Source: Bacteroidia bacterium (GTDB lineage Bacteria > Bacteroidota > Bacteroidia > B-17B0 > Aurantibacillaceae). Taken from it: a DNA stretch of 64,000 bases. The notes below the pieces were generated by a model that did no database searches, was not told the DNA's origin, and worked only from the letters and a program-made list of their open reading frames with translations. Positions 9,182 through 18,083 of the stretch are shown here, one piece after another. The number at the start of each line of letters is the position of its first letter. The first letter of the stretch is position 1. Position numbers and translations under genes: made by a program. The DNA lies in assembly GCA_038206945.1 (NCBI GenBank), contig JBBRAG010000015.1, positions 8,617 through 72,616 on the forward strand. Reading direction: 5' to 3'.

Positions 9182-10597
9182 TTAATGCTTTTTAAAAGTG
9201 TCTATTGCATTTATAATTGTTTGATTTTCTTTTAGCGCCGGAGCATATTCAAACAACTCATTGTGTTTATCGTAATCTAATGTAAGTGCGCTTTGTAACT
9301 CGGTTAACGCTTCTTGTTTTTTACCGCCGGCAATTAACATAGCACTTAAACGATAATGAAGTTCTGCCACATCGGGGAAATTTTTTAAGCCTTCCTGCAA
9401 CATCGCAATTCCTTGTTCAGCATAATCAGCTTCCAATAATAGGTCGGCGTAATCTAACCAAATATCCCACTCATTGTATTGTAATTCAATTACCTTAGCG
9501 TACGCTTCGGCTGCTTCTTCAAAAAAACCTAGTTTACGTTGCGTATCTCCAAAAATATACCATGTTTCGGCATCTTTAGGATTAAGCTCAATGGCTTTTT
9601 TTATGTAATGAATTCCTTCGGTTATTCTGTTTTGATAATCTAAAATAATACCAATAGCCAACCACGAATCGGCAAAGCCCGGATTTTTTTTAATACATTT
9701 ATTATAATATAAAAGTGCCGAATCGTAATCGTTTAATTGTTCATAACACTCGCCAATATAATAATAGGCAATTGGATCCGGCTCTTCGTGATCAAAAGTT
9801 TCTTTGTAAACATCAATGGCTTCGTTAAACCTATTCAATCCAGCCAAGGCATTTGCTTTATTAAAGTACGCCGATGCAAATTTTTCATTGATAGCTAAGG
9901 CATAATCATAAGCCTCTAAAGCAATATCATGCTTGTTAAGTTTGCTGTAACACAAACCAACATTAAACCACGCAAAATGGTTGTAAGGATTTTTGTCAAT
10001 TAAAGTTTTATAAAACGTGGCGCCATCTTCTAAAAGTTCGGCAGCATCATACGCAATAAATAATTCGCTTAGGGCATAGTCGTTTTTAGGATTATGCAGC
10101 ACCGCTTTCTTTAAATAATAAATGGCGTCTAAAAATTTATCCTGACTTAAAAATTCAACTCCCAAAGCAATCATTACTTCATCAGGTTGTTCGGTGTAAT
10201 TAAGTGCGGTTTTGTAATTTTCAATCGCTTGTTCACTTAAACCCATCTGACTATAAATATAACCACGCGTGGTATAAATATCTGGATTTGAAGGTTCCAT
10301 CAATTCCACATCATTTAAAAGTTTCAACGCTTCTTGTGTGTTTTGATTGTAAGCTAGAAATTGAGCACGTGCAATTTTAAAATCTGCCACAAAAGGGTAT
10401 TTATCCAAAGCAAAATCAATAGCTTTTTTAAGATTGCCGGGGTTGCCCGAATTAAAATAATATTCTATAATGTCTTCCAACTGATCCGATTCAAAATAAT
10501 AGGCATCGTTATGTTCTAGCATTTCTTCAAAACGCTTTACTAGATCTACTATGTTGTTTTCATCCGAAGAGCCTTCCAGAAAATCGTCTTTGTTCAT
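9182..10597 (-). CDS. tetratricopeptide repeat protein
   Basis: Many TPR-like 34-aa repeats (A...G..Y.......A...Y..AL...P). Confidence 0.9.
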   Translation of the reverse strand: MNKDDFLEGSSDENNIVDLVKRFEEMLEHNDAYYFESDQLEDIIEYYFNSGNPGNLKKAIDFALDKYPFVADFKIARAQFLAYNQNTQEALKLLNDVELMEPSNPDIYTTRGYIYSQMGLSEQAIENYKTALNYTEQPDEVMIALGVEFLSQDKFLDAIYYLKKAVLHNPKNDYALSELFIAYDAAELLEDGATFYKTLIDKNPYNHFAWFNVGLCYSKLNKHDIALEAYDYALAINEKFASAYFNKANALAGLNRFNEAIDVYKETFDHEEPDPIAYYYIGECYEQLNDYDSALLYYNKCIKKNPGFADSWLAIGIILDYQNRITEGIHYIKKAIELNPKDAETWYIFGDTQRKLGFFEEAAEAYAKVIELQYNEWDIWLDYADLLLEADYAEQGIAMLQEGLKNFPDVAELHYRLSAMLIAGGKKQEALTELQSALTLDYDKHNELFEYAPALKENQTIINAIDTFKKH

Positions 10598-10749
10598 TAA
10601 GTACCTGTCTGTTTAACAAATAAAATAAAGATAATGTTTTTTTGATGTGATACAAAAGTATTTGTTTTTGATTTGGTACGCTTGTTTTTTTTAAACATAA
10701 ATTAATATATGTGTTAAGAAATAATAAATATTATCTCTTTAAGTATGCT

Positions 10750-10757
10750 TAATTTTG
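10750..10757 (+). promoter_or_regulatory. -7 box TAATTTTG for glmM
   Basis: TAnnTTTG match overlapping the TTG that the ORF track used as start, so the true start is likely ATG 10776. Confidence 0.6.
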
Positions 10758-10775
10758 CGAAAACAATTTACGTTA

Positions 10776-12179
10776 ATGACGCTAATAAAATCTATTTCAG
10801 GCATACGCGGAACTATTGGAGGCATAGCGGGAGAAGGACTTACACCTCCTGATGTGGTTAAATATGTATCTGCTTACGGCACTTGGATAAAACAACAAAA
10901 TAAAGAAACTGTTTCTGTAATTATTGGCAGAGATGCACGTATATCAGGAGAAATTGTTAATCAGTTAACTGTTTCAACTTTATCGGCCTTAGGTATTAAT
11001 TGCATCGATATTGGTTTATCTACCACGCCAACCGTTGAAATTGCTGTAACTGAACTGAAAGCGCAAGGTGGTATTATTATTACCGCAAGTCATAACCCAA
11101 AACAATGGAACGCCCTAAAACTATTAAATGCCAAAGGCGAATTTGTTAGCGAAGCAGATGGCGCTAAAATATTGGCCATTGCCGAAGAAGCAAATTTTAG
11201 TTATGCTGAAGTAAATCATTTAGGAAAGATTACTAAACGCGATGATTTATTAAAACTCCACATAGATAAGATTTTGAAACTGCCTTATGTAGATGTAAAA
11301 GCTATTAAAGCGAAGAATTTTACCATTGCTTTAGATGCAATTAATTCGAGTGGTGGTTTTGCGGTACCAATGTTGTTAGAAGCATTAGGCGTTACCGAAA
11401 TTGTAAAGATACATTGCGAGCCCGACGGACAGTTTGCGCACAACCCGGAGCCATTACCCGAAAATTTACGTGATTTATCTAAAGCGGTTACTAAAAGTAA
11501 AGCGCATTTAGGTATTTCGGTTGACCCTGATGTTGATCGTTTAGCATTAGTTTGCGAAGATGGAGAAATGTTTGGCGAAGAATACACCTTGGTTGCTTGT
11601 GCCGATTATGTGTTGCAATATCATAAAAAAGGAAACACAGTTTCTAACCTATCATCAACACGCGCTTTGCGTGATGTAACCGAAAAAGCGGGCGGTAAAT
11701 ACGCTGCATCTGCTGTGGGCGAAGTAAACGTAGTTACCTTAATGAAAGAAAGTAAAGCCATTATTGGTGGCGAAGGTAACGGTGGAATTATTTTGCCCGA
11801 ACTTCATTACGGCCGTGATGCCTTAGCGGGAATAGCGTTGTTTTTAAGTCATTTGGCTAAGTTTGGCAAAACAACTTCGGTGTTGCGCAGCACCTATCCC
11901 GATTACCATATCTCTAAAAATAAAATAGAACTTACGCCCGAAATTGATGTTGATTTTATTCTTGAAAAGATAAAAACCAAATACAAAAAACAACCGGTTA
12001 ATACGGTTGATGGTGTAAAAATTGAGTTTGATAAAGAATGGGTTCACCTTCGTAAATCAAATACCGAGCCTATTATTCGTATTTATTCTGAAAGTGCCAG
12101 CATGTCTACTGCCAATAATTTAGCCAAAAAAATTATTCAGGATATTAAAGAAGTAATTAAAGAAAGTCAGGTAGCTTAA
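10776..12179 (+). CDS. glmM: phosphoglucosamine mutase
   Basis: SISGIRG, ITASHNP, DPDVDR, GGEGNGG, LRKSNTEP..RIYSE. Confidence 0.9.
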   Translation: MTLIKSISGIRGTIGGIAGEGLTPPDVVKYVSAYGTWIKQQNKETVSVIIGRDARISGEIVNQLTVSTLSALGINCIDIGLSTTPTVEIAVTELKAQGGIIITASHNPKQWNALKLLNAKGEFVSEADGAKILAIAEEANFSYAEVNHLGKITKRDDLLKLHIDKILKLPYVDVKAIKAKNFTIALDAINSSGGFAVPMLLEALGVTEIVKIHCEPDGQFAHNPEPLPENLRDLSKAVTKSKAHLGISVDPDVDRLALVCEDGEMFGEEYTLVACADYVLQYHKKGNTVSNLSSTRALRDVTEKAGGKYAASAVGEVNVVTLMKESKAIIGGEGNGGIILPELHYGRDALAGIALFLSHLAKFGKTTSVLRSTYPDYHISKNKIELTPEIDVDFILEKIKTKYKKQPVNTVDGVKIEFDKEWVHLRKSNTEPIIRIYSESASMSTANNLAKKIIQDIKEVIKESQVA

Positions 12180-12182
12180 TTC

Positions 12183-12725
12183 TTACTTCATTATTTTAAA
12201 CCGGGTTTTATAAAACTCCCATAAAACAACGCCCGTGCTAACCGCAATATTTAAAGAATGTTTTGTGCCGCCTTGCGCAATTTCAATCACAGCATCGCAC
12301 TCATCAATTACTTGTTGTTGCACCCCTTCTACTTCATTCCCAAAAATAAGCGCGTATTTTTTATCAGCTTCCATTGTAAGGTGATGAAGCTGTATGGCTT
12401 GTTGGGTCTGCTCTATGGCGTAAATAGTATAGCCTCTTTGCTTTAAGTCTTGTAGCAATATTATAATATCCGCTTCGTGCTTCCAGCTTACCGTTTCAGT
12501 AGCGCCAAGGGCGGTTTTATTAATCTCTTTATTAGGTGGTGTGCCTGTAAAGCCGCACAGGTAAAGTGTTTCCACTAAAAAAGCATCGGCACTTCTAAAT
12601 ACAGAACCCACATTATGCAAACTTCTTACATTATCTAACAGTACAACTACTTTACTCTTTTCAACGGCTTTAAACTCTTTAGCGCTTAGCCTGCGCAACT
12701 CTTCATTCTTTAATTTAATGTCCAT
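12183..12725 (-). CDS. SpoU/TrmH family RNA methyltransferase
   Basis: LDNVRS..NVGS.FR..DAF, IFGNEVEG, SLN.AVS.G. Confidence 0.92.
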   Translation of the reverse strand: MDIKLKNEELRRLSAKEFKAVEKSKVVVLLDNVRSLHNVGSVFRSADAFLVETLYLCGFTGTPPNKEINKTALGATETVSWKHEADIIILLQDLKQRGYTIYAIEQTQQAIQLHHLTMEADKKYALIFGNEVEGVQQQVIDECDAVIEIAQGGTKHSLNIAVSTGVVLWEFYKTRFKIMK

Positions 12726-12800
12726 AACAAAGTTTAATTTTTTTATTTTAGAAAGTATGTTTATTATTGTGACTTGAAAATTTTATTAAAATCATAAAAC

Positions 12801-14534
12801 ATGCAAAATAATACAATTAAATTATTATCAGTTGTTGCGGGGTCGGCTATTTTACTTTCGGCTTGTAACGGATTGGGAAAAATGATTAAAAAGCAAGATC
12901 TCATTACAGTTGAGGTTACTCCAAAACCACTAGAGGAAAAAGCTGATAGCGTGGCTTTTACTATAACAGGTAAATATCCAGCTAAGCTGTTTTATAAAAA
13001 AGCTATTGTTACTATTACGCCGGTTATTAAATATAACGGCGGCGAAAAAACACTTGAGCCAGTTACTTTATTAGGCGAAAGTGCTGTGGGTAATGGTCAA
13101 AAAATACCTTACGAAAAAGGAGGTAGTTATTCTAAAACATTCAGCACAGTTTACGAGCCGGGCATGAAAGTAGCTACTTTAGAGCTACGTGCTAAAGGTA
13201 AAAAAGGCGAAAAAGGCAAAGAAAAAGATTTTAAAGATGTAAAAATTGCTGACGGAACTATCATTACACCTTTATTGGTTCGTAATGATGAAAAAGGCGT
13301 TTTTGGAAAAGACGCTTTTGTAAAAACTGAGCCGGCTAATCAAGTTGCGCATATTTTTTATGCGATCAACCAATCAACCGTTCGTCCGGGAGAAATGAAA
13401 AGCGCAGAAATGAAAAACGTCGATAAATTTGTAGAAACAAACTTAAACAGTTCTTGGTACGAATTTAAAGGTGTAGAAGTTTCCGCATACGCGTCTCCGG
13501 ATGGCGAAACCGATAAAAATACGCATTTAGCTGAAGATCGTGCAAAAACAGCTACTTCTGCTACAGAAGCTATGTTTAAAAGAGATAAAAAAGCTATCTT
13601 TGGTAAAGATAAATCTCAATACAAAACAGGTGTAACGCGCGAAGATTGGGAAGGTTTTAAAGCCGCTATGGAAAAATCTACCATGAAAGATAAAGATTTA
13701 GTTTTACGTGTGTTAACTATGTATTCTGATCCAGAACAACGCCGTAAAGAAATTAAAAACTTAGCTTCTACCTACAAAGAATTAGCTGAAGAAATTTTAC
13801 CAAAATTACGTCGTGCAGAAATATCAATTATGGTTGATAAAAAATCACGTACCGATGAAATGATCACTCGTTTAACTACCACGCACCCTGATTCTTTAAG
13901 TATTGAAGAATTATTGTACGGCGCTAATATGACTAATGATGTAAATACTAAATTAGCTATTTATCAGGCTGCCGAAAAACAATATGGTACTGATTGGAGA
14001 TCAAGCAACAACTTAGGTGTAGCGTATTTAATGAACAACAAAACAGATGATGCAAGAGCAGCTTTTGAGCGTGCCGATAAGGCTTCTGCAAACAACGAAA
14101 CTATAATGAATAACATGGGTATTCTATATTCAAAAGCAGGCGACCGTAAAAAAGCGATGGAATATTATAACAAAGCAGGTAACTCGCCTGAAGTAAATTA
14201 TAACAAAGGTATCTTAAACATACGCGATGGTAAATACAGCGATGCAGTTTCAAACTTTGGCAGCTACAAAGGCTTTAACCTTGCTTTGGCTCAATTATTA
14301 AACGGTAACCCAGAAAGCGTTAACGGTACCTTAGATGCAAGCAACGAAAAAGATATGGCCATGAGCTACTATTTAAAAGCAGTTGCTGCTTCACGCAAAG
14401 GAGATGCAACAGGCGGATTAGCTTTCTTAAAAACAGCTATTGAAAAAGATGCCTCCTTAAAAGCTATGGCTAAAGATGATTGCGAATTTTTAAAATGGAG
14501 AGATAACGCAGATTTTAAATCAACAACTAATTAA
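12801..14534 (+). CDS. lipoprotein with OmpA-like core and C-terminal TPRs
   Basis: Lipobox LLSA-C, SAYASPDG...N..LAEDRA, TPR repeats. Confidence 0.8.
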   Translation: MQNNTIKLLSVVAGSAILLSACNGLGKMIKKQDLITVEVTPKPLEEKADSVAFTITGKYPAKLFYKKAIVTITPVIKYNGGEKTLEPVTLLGESAVGNGQKIPYEKGGSYSKTFSTVYEPGMKVATLELRAKGKKGEKGKEKDFKDVKIADGTIITPLLVRNDEKGVFGKDAFVKTEPANQVAHIFYAINQSTVRPGEMKSAEMKNVDKFVETNLNSSWYEFKGVEVSAYASPDGETDKNTHLAEDRAKTATSATEAMFKRDKKAIFGKDKSQYKTGVTREDWEGFKAAMEKSTMKDKDLVLRVLTMYSDPEQRRKEIKNLASTYKELAEEILPKLRRAEISIMVDKKSRTDEMITRLTTTHPDSLSIEELLYGANMTNDVNTKLAIYQAAEKQYGTDWRSSNNLGVAYLMNNKTDDARAAFERADKASANNETIMNNMGILYSKAGDRKKAMEYYNKAGNSPEVNYNKGILNIRDGKYSDAVSNFGSYKGFNLALAQLLNGNPESVNGTLDASNEKDMAMSYYLKAVAASRKGDATGGLAFLKTAIEKDASLKAMAKDDCEFLKWRDNADFKSTTN

Positions 14535-14557
14535 TATCTAATTTCTCAAAAAAAATT

Positions 14558-14585
14558 AAAGCCTCACAAAAGTGGGGCTTTTTTT
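14558..14585 (+). terminator. intrinsic terminator
   Basis: AAAGCCTCAC-AAAA-GTGGGGCTTT followed by a T run. Confidence 0.85.
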
Positions 14586-14599
14586 ATTACGTGTTTTTT

Positions 14600-14737
14600 G
14601 GGCGTTCCGGCTATTTATTCATTCATCTTTATTCTTAAAATGAAATTCATGAATTTGGAAAATCATTTCAGCCGGCGGGCTTTTTGCAGTAAAGCTTTTT
14701 GGTTACAAAAAGGCTTTCTTGCTGCAATCCCTAACGC
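14600..14737 (+). ncRNA. structured repeat copy 1 (three-way junction; possibly Flavo-1-like)
   Basis: GGGCGTTCCGGCT..AGCCGGCGGGCT..GCAGTAAAGCTTTTTG-GTTA-CAAAAAGGCTTTCTTGC..TCCCTAACGC; homologous to 27529-27684 and 50900-50989. Confidence 0.65.
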
Positions 14738-14775
14738 TTGGCCCCAACTATAAATAATATCTTTTTAAATAAGGT

Positions 14776-15324
14776 TTAGGCTTTCTCGCTTTGCTCTTTT
14801 AATTTGATCAAAGCAAATACTGCATAGTTTATCATATCCATGTAGTTAGCGTCAATCCCTTCTGATATAAGAGTTTTACCGCCCATATCTTCAATTTGCT
14901 TTACACGTAAAATTTTCATCAAGATAAGGTCGGTTAACGAGCTTACACGCATATCGCGCCAAGCTTCACCGTAATCATGATTTTTATTTTCCATTAAGCT
15001 TTTAGTTTCGTTGATATGTTTTTCAAATAAAGCTGTAACCTCGTTGGCAGGTAATTCCATGCGCGTATCATTGGTTAAATGAAACTGAATAAGCGATATC
15101 ACACAATAATTAATAATCCCTATATATTCTGATGAAATATTTTCTTCTACTTTTTGAGTGCCTTTTTGCTCTATGCTGCGTATGCGTTGGGCCTTAATAA
15201 AAATCTGGTCGGTAAGCGAAGAGGTTCGTAAAATGCGCCAGGCGGTGCCATAATCGTGCATCTTCTTTAAAAAAATATCTTTGCATTGTTTTACAACCAG
15301 ATCGTATTGCTGAGAAGTATTCAT
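14776..15324 (-). CDS. DUF1599 domain protein
   Basis: Tandem K.HDYG.AWR domains. Confidence 0.9.
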   Translation of the reverse strand: MNTSQQYDLVVKQCKDIFLKKMHDYGTAWRILRTSSLTDQIFIKAQRIRSIEQKGTQKVEENISSEYIGIINYCVISLIQFHLTNDTRMELPANEVTALFEKHINETKSLMENKNHDYGEAWRDMRVSSLTDLILMKILRVKQIEDMGGKTLISEGIDANYMDMINYAVFALIKLKEQSEKA

Positions 15325-15357
15325 TTATAAGTAAAAATTTAAAATGTACAATTTAAA

Positions 15358-16221
15358 ATGACCGGTGCGCAAGGTACAAATTTTGAATCAGAATTTAATT
15401 TAAAGGCGAACGGAAAAACGCTTAGTCTGAAAACGCCTGTATTAATGGGCATTTTAAACCTTACACCCGATTCTTTTTATGATGGGGGAACATTGCTTAC
15501 AGAAAAAAACCTTTTAGCCCAAGCCGAAAAACACATAAACAATGGCGCGGGCATTATAGATATTGGCGCAGTTTCTACTAAACCCAATGCAAATGAAGTT
15601 TCTGAAGAAGAAGAATTAGCAAGATTGCTTACTGCTTTGAAACTTATACGAAAAACATTTTTAAACATTTTTATTTCGGTAGATACATTTAGAAGCACGG
15701 TTGCACACGCCGCAGCAGATGCAGGCGCTGATATGATAAACGATATTTCGGGCGGAAGGTTTGATAAAAATATGTTTGCTGTTGTTGGCAAATTAAAATT
15801 GCCATACGTACTGATGCACATACAGGGTACGCCTCAAACCATGCAACAAAATCCAAGCTATAAAAATGTTGTAACAGAGGTTTATGATTTTTTAACAGAT
15901 AAAATAAGTAAGGCCAAGCAAAGTGGAATTGAGCAATTAATTTTAGATGTAGGTTTTGGATTTGGCAAAACAACCAAGCATAATTATGAATTATTATCAA
16001 GTTTAAAAAAATTTGAAGCACTGCAATTTCCTTTACTGGCAGGTGTTTCCAGAAAGGGAATGATAAACAAAGTTATTGATACAAAACCCGAAAACGCTTT
16101 GAACGGAACGACTGTAGTTAATACCATTGCCTTGCTTAACGGAGCCCATATTTTACGTGTGCACGATGTAAAAGAAGCGATGCAAGCTATCCGGTTAGTA
16201 AATTGTTATCATTCGGTTTAG
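15358..16221 (+). CDS. folP: dihydropteroate synthase
   Basis: MGILNLTPDSF.DGG, DIGAVST.P, SVDTF, D.GFGFGK, GVSRK, LRVHDV. Confidence 0.96.
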   Translation: MTGAQGTNFESEFNLKANGKTLSLKTPVLMGILNLTPDSFYDGGTLLTEKNLLAQAEKHINNGAGIIDIGAVSTKPNANEVSEEEELARLLTALKLIRKTFLNIFISVDTFRSTVAHAAADAGADMINDISGGRFDKNMFAVVGKLKLPYVLMHIQGTPQTMQQNPSYKNVVTEVYDFLTDKISKAKQSGIEQLILDVGFGFGKTTKHNYELLSSLKKFEALQFPLLAGVSRKGMINKVIDTKPENALNGTTVVNTIALLNGAHILRVHDVKEAMQAIRLVNCYHSV

Positions 16222-16255
16222 CTACTTATTTGCCTTTGCTTTATTTTTGAATTTG

Positions 16256-16588
16256 ATGCAGGAAGAAACTCCCGAAAAATTATTTTATACCATTACCGAA
16301 GTTGCCAAACTATTTAAGGTAAATGCTTCGCTTATTCGTTTCTGGGAAAAAGAGTTTGACTTTTTAAAACCTCGAAAAACCGCCAAAGGCAATCGTTCTT
16401 ACACCAAAAAAGATATGGAGAACATTCGGTTAGTTTATCATCTTGTAAAAGAAAAAGGCTTTACTTTGCAGGGCGCCAAAGAAAAATTAAAGCAAAAATC
16501 GCCGCAGGAATTAAATAAAAACCTAGAAGTTATTGAAAATCTTACCAAACTTAAATATTTTTTAACAACGCTTAAAAACCAACTTTAA
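16256..16588 (+). CDS. MerR family transcriptional regulator
   Basis: YTITEVAK.F.VNASLIRFWEKEF..LKP.K...GNR.Y; ATG 16256 preferred as start. Confidence 0.9.
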   Translation: MQEETPEKLFYTITEVAKLFKVNASLIRFWEKEFDFLKPRKTAKGNRSYTKKDMENIRLVYHLVKEKGFTLQGAKEKLKQKSPQELNKNLEVIENLTKLKYFLTTLKNQL

Positions 16589-16649
16589 TTTACCAAAAAA
16601 CAACCATTTTCTTCAAAGCAAAGGCACTTGCAAGTATGGCTAAATACTG

Positions 16650-16657
16650 TATATTTG
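16650..16657 (+). promoter_or_regulatory. -7 box TATATTTG
   Basis: TAnnTTTG upstream of ATG 16686. Confidence 0.55.
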
Positions 16658-16685
16658 TCCGTCTTACAAAAAAAGTAAATTTAGC

Positions 16686-18023
16686 ATGGCACAGCATGAA
16701 TTGGTAATGCCTAAAATGGGTGAAAGTGTTGCAGAAGCAACTATTATTAAATGGGTAAAGAACGAAGGCGATAAAATTAAGATTGATGAAACAGTTTTAG
16801 AAATTGCCACCGATAAAGTAGATAGCGAAATTCCATCATCGTTTGAAGGTGTTTTGGTAAAAAAACTTTTTAAAGAAGGCGATGTGGTACAAGTTGGTAC
16901 GGTTATCGCCCACATATCTTCTGGTGCCAATGCCGATGCAACACCGCCTCCAGCACAAGCTCCGGCTGCGCAGGTAACATCTAACACATCTGCTGCTTTA
17001 AGTCCCGCAAAAGATACAACCCATGTGGCTACTAATCAAGATTTTTCTCCATCAAATAAATTCTTTTCTCCTTTAGTAAAAAACATCGCTAAAGAAGAAG
17101 GCATATCTGTTCAAGAGCTTGAAAAAATTTCGGGCAGCGGTAAAGACGGCCGTGTTACCAAGACAGATATTTTATCTTATATACCAAACCGAGGCGCACA
17201 ACAACAAGCCGCTGTGGTTGAAGAACGTATTGAGAAACCTGCTGAAAAACCAAGTAGTAATGGCAACGGGCAACAAACAGTAACTTTCAACAAACCGGCT
17301 GTTTCAATGATGGCTGGCGATGAAATTATAGAGATGGACAGAATGCGTAAACTTATTGCCGATCACATGGTAATGAGCAAACACGTATCGCCACACGTTA
17401 CTTCTTTTGTAGAGGCTGATGTAACCAACATGGTTTTATGGAGAGAAAAAATTAAAGGAGCGTATGAAAAACGCGAAGGCGAAAAAATGACCTTTACTCC
17501 ATTATTTGTGGAAGCTGTTGCCAAAGCTATTAAAGATTTTCCAATGATAAATATTTGCGTAGATGGCACAAATATTATTAAACGAAAAAGTATAAATATT
17601 GGAATGGCGGCGGCTTTACCAAGCGGAAACCTAATAGTTCCTGTTATTAGAAACGCGGATGAAAAGAACTTGGTAGGTTTAACCAAAGCAGTAAACGACC
17701 TTGCCAAACGATCTCGCGCCAATAAACTTACACCAGATGATATACAGGGCGGAACTTTTACGCTTACCAATGTGGGCGGTTTTGGCAATGTAATGGGCAC
17801 ACCAATTATTAATCAACCGCAGGTAGCTATTTTAGCCACCGGCACCATTAAAAAGAAACCGGCTGTTATTGAAACCCCACAAGGCGATATGATCGCTATC
17901 CGCCACATGATGTTTTTATCGTTATCGTATGATCATCGTGTTGTAGACGGTTCTTTGGGCGGAACTTTCTTAAGAAAAGTGGCTGATTATATGGAAAACT
18001 TTGATATTAATCGTCCTTTTTAA
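16686..18023 (+). CDS. 2-oxoacid dehydrogenase E2 (dihydrolipoamide acyltransferase)
   Basis: Lipoyl TDKV motif, GSG.DGRVTK.D subunit-binding domain, SYDHRVVDG catalytic motif. Substrate class not resolved. Confidence 0.92.
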   Translation: MAQHELVMPKMGESVAEATIIKWVKNEGDKIKIDETVLEIATDKVDSEIPSSFEGVLVKKLFKEGDVVQVGTVIAHISSGANADATPPPAQAPAAQVTSNTSAALSPAKDTTHVATNQDFSPSNKFFSPLVKNIAKEEGISVQELEKISGSGKDGRVTKTDILSYIPNRGAQQQAAVVEERIEKPAEKPSSNGNGQQTVTFNKPAVSMMAGDEIIEMDRMRKLIADHMVMSKHVSPHVTSFVEADVTNMVLWREKIKGAYEKREGEKMTFTPLFVEAVAKAIKDFPMINICVDGTNIIKRKSINIGMAAALPSGNLIVPVIRNADEKNLVGLTKAVNDLAKRSRANKLTPDDIQGGTFTLTNVGGFGNVMGTPIINQPQVAILATGTIKKKPAVIETPQGDMIAIRHMMFLSLSYDHRVVDGSLGGTFLRKVADYMENFDINRPF

Positions 18024-18053
18024 AGTATTTATCTATTAAAAAGCTGAATTTTG

Positions 18054-18061
18054 TACATTTG
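18054..18061 (+). promoter_or_regulatory. -7 box TACATTTG
   Basis: TAnnTTTG; implies true start at ATG 18084. Confidence 0.55.
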
Positions 18062-18083
18062 CACATTAAAAAATAGTAATCCA

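Noticed and set aside
10755-10775. TTG starts used by the ORF track at 10755, 18051 and 54208
   Set aside because: Each falls in or beside a TAnnTTTG promoter box; the downstream ATGs fit better.
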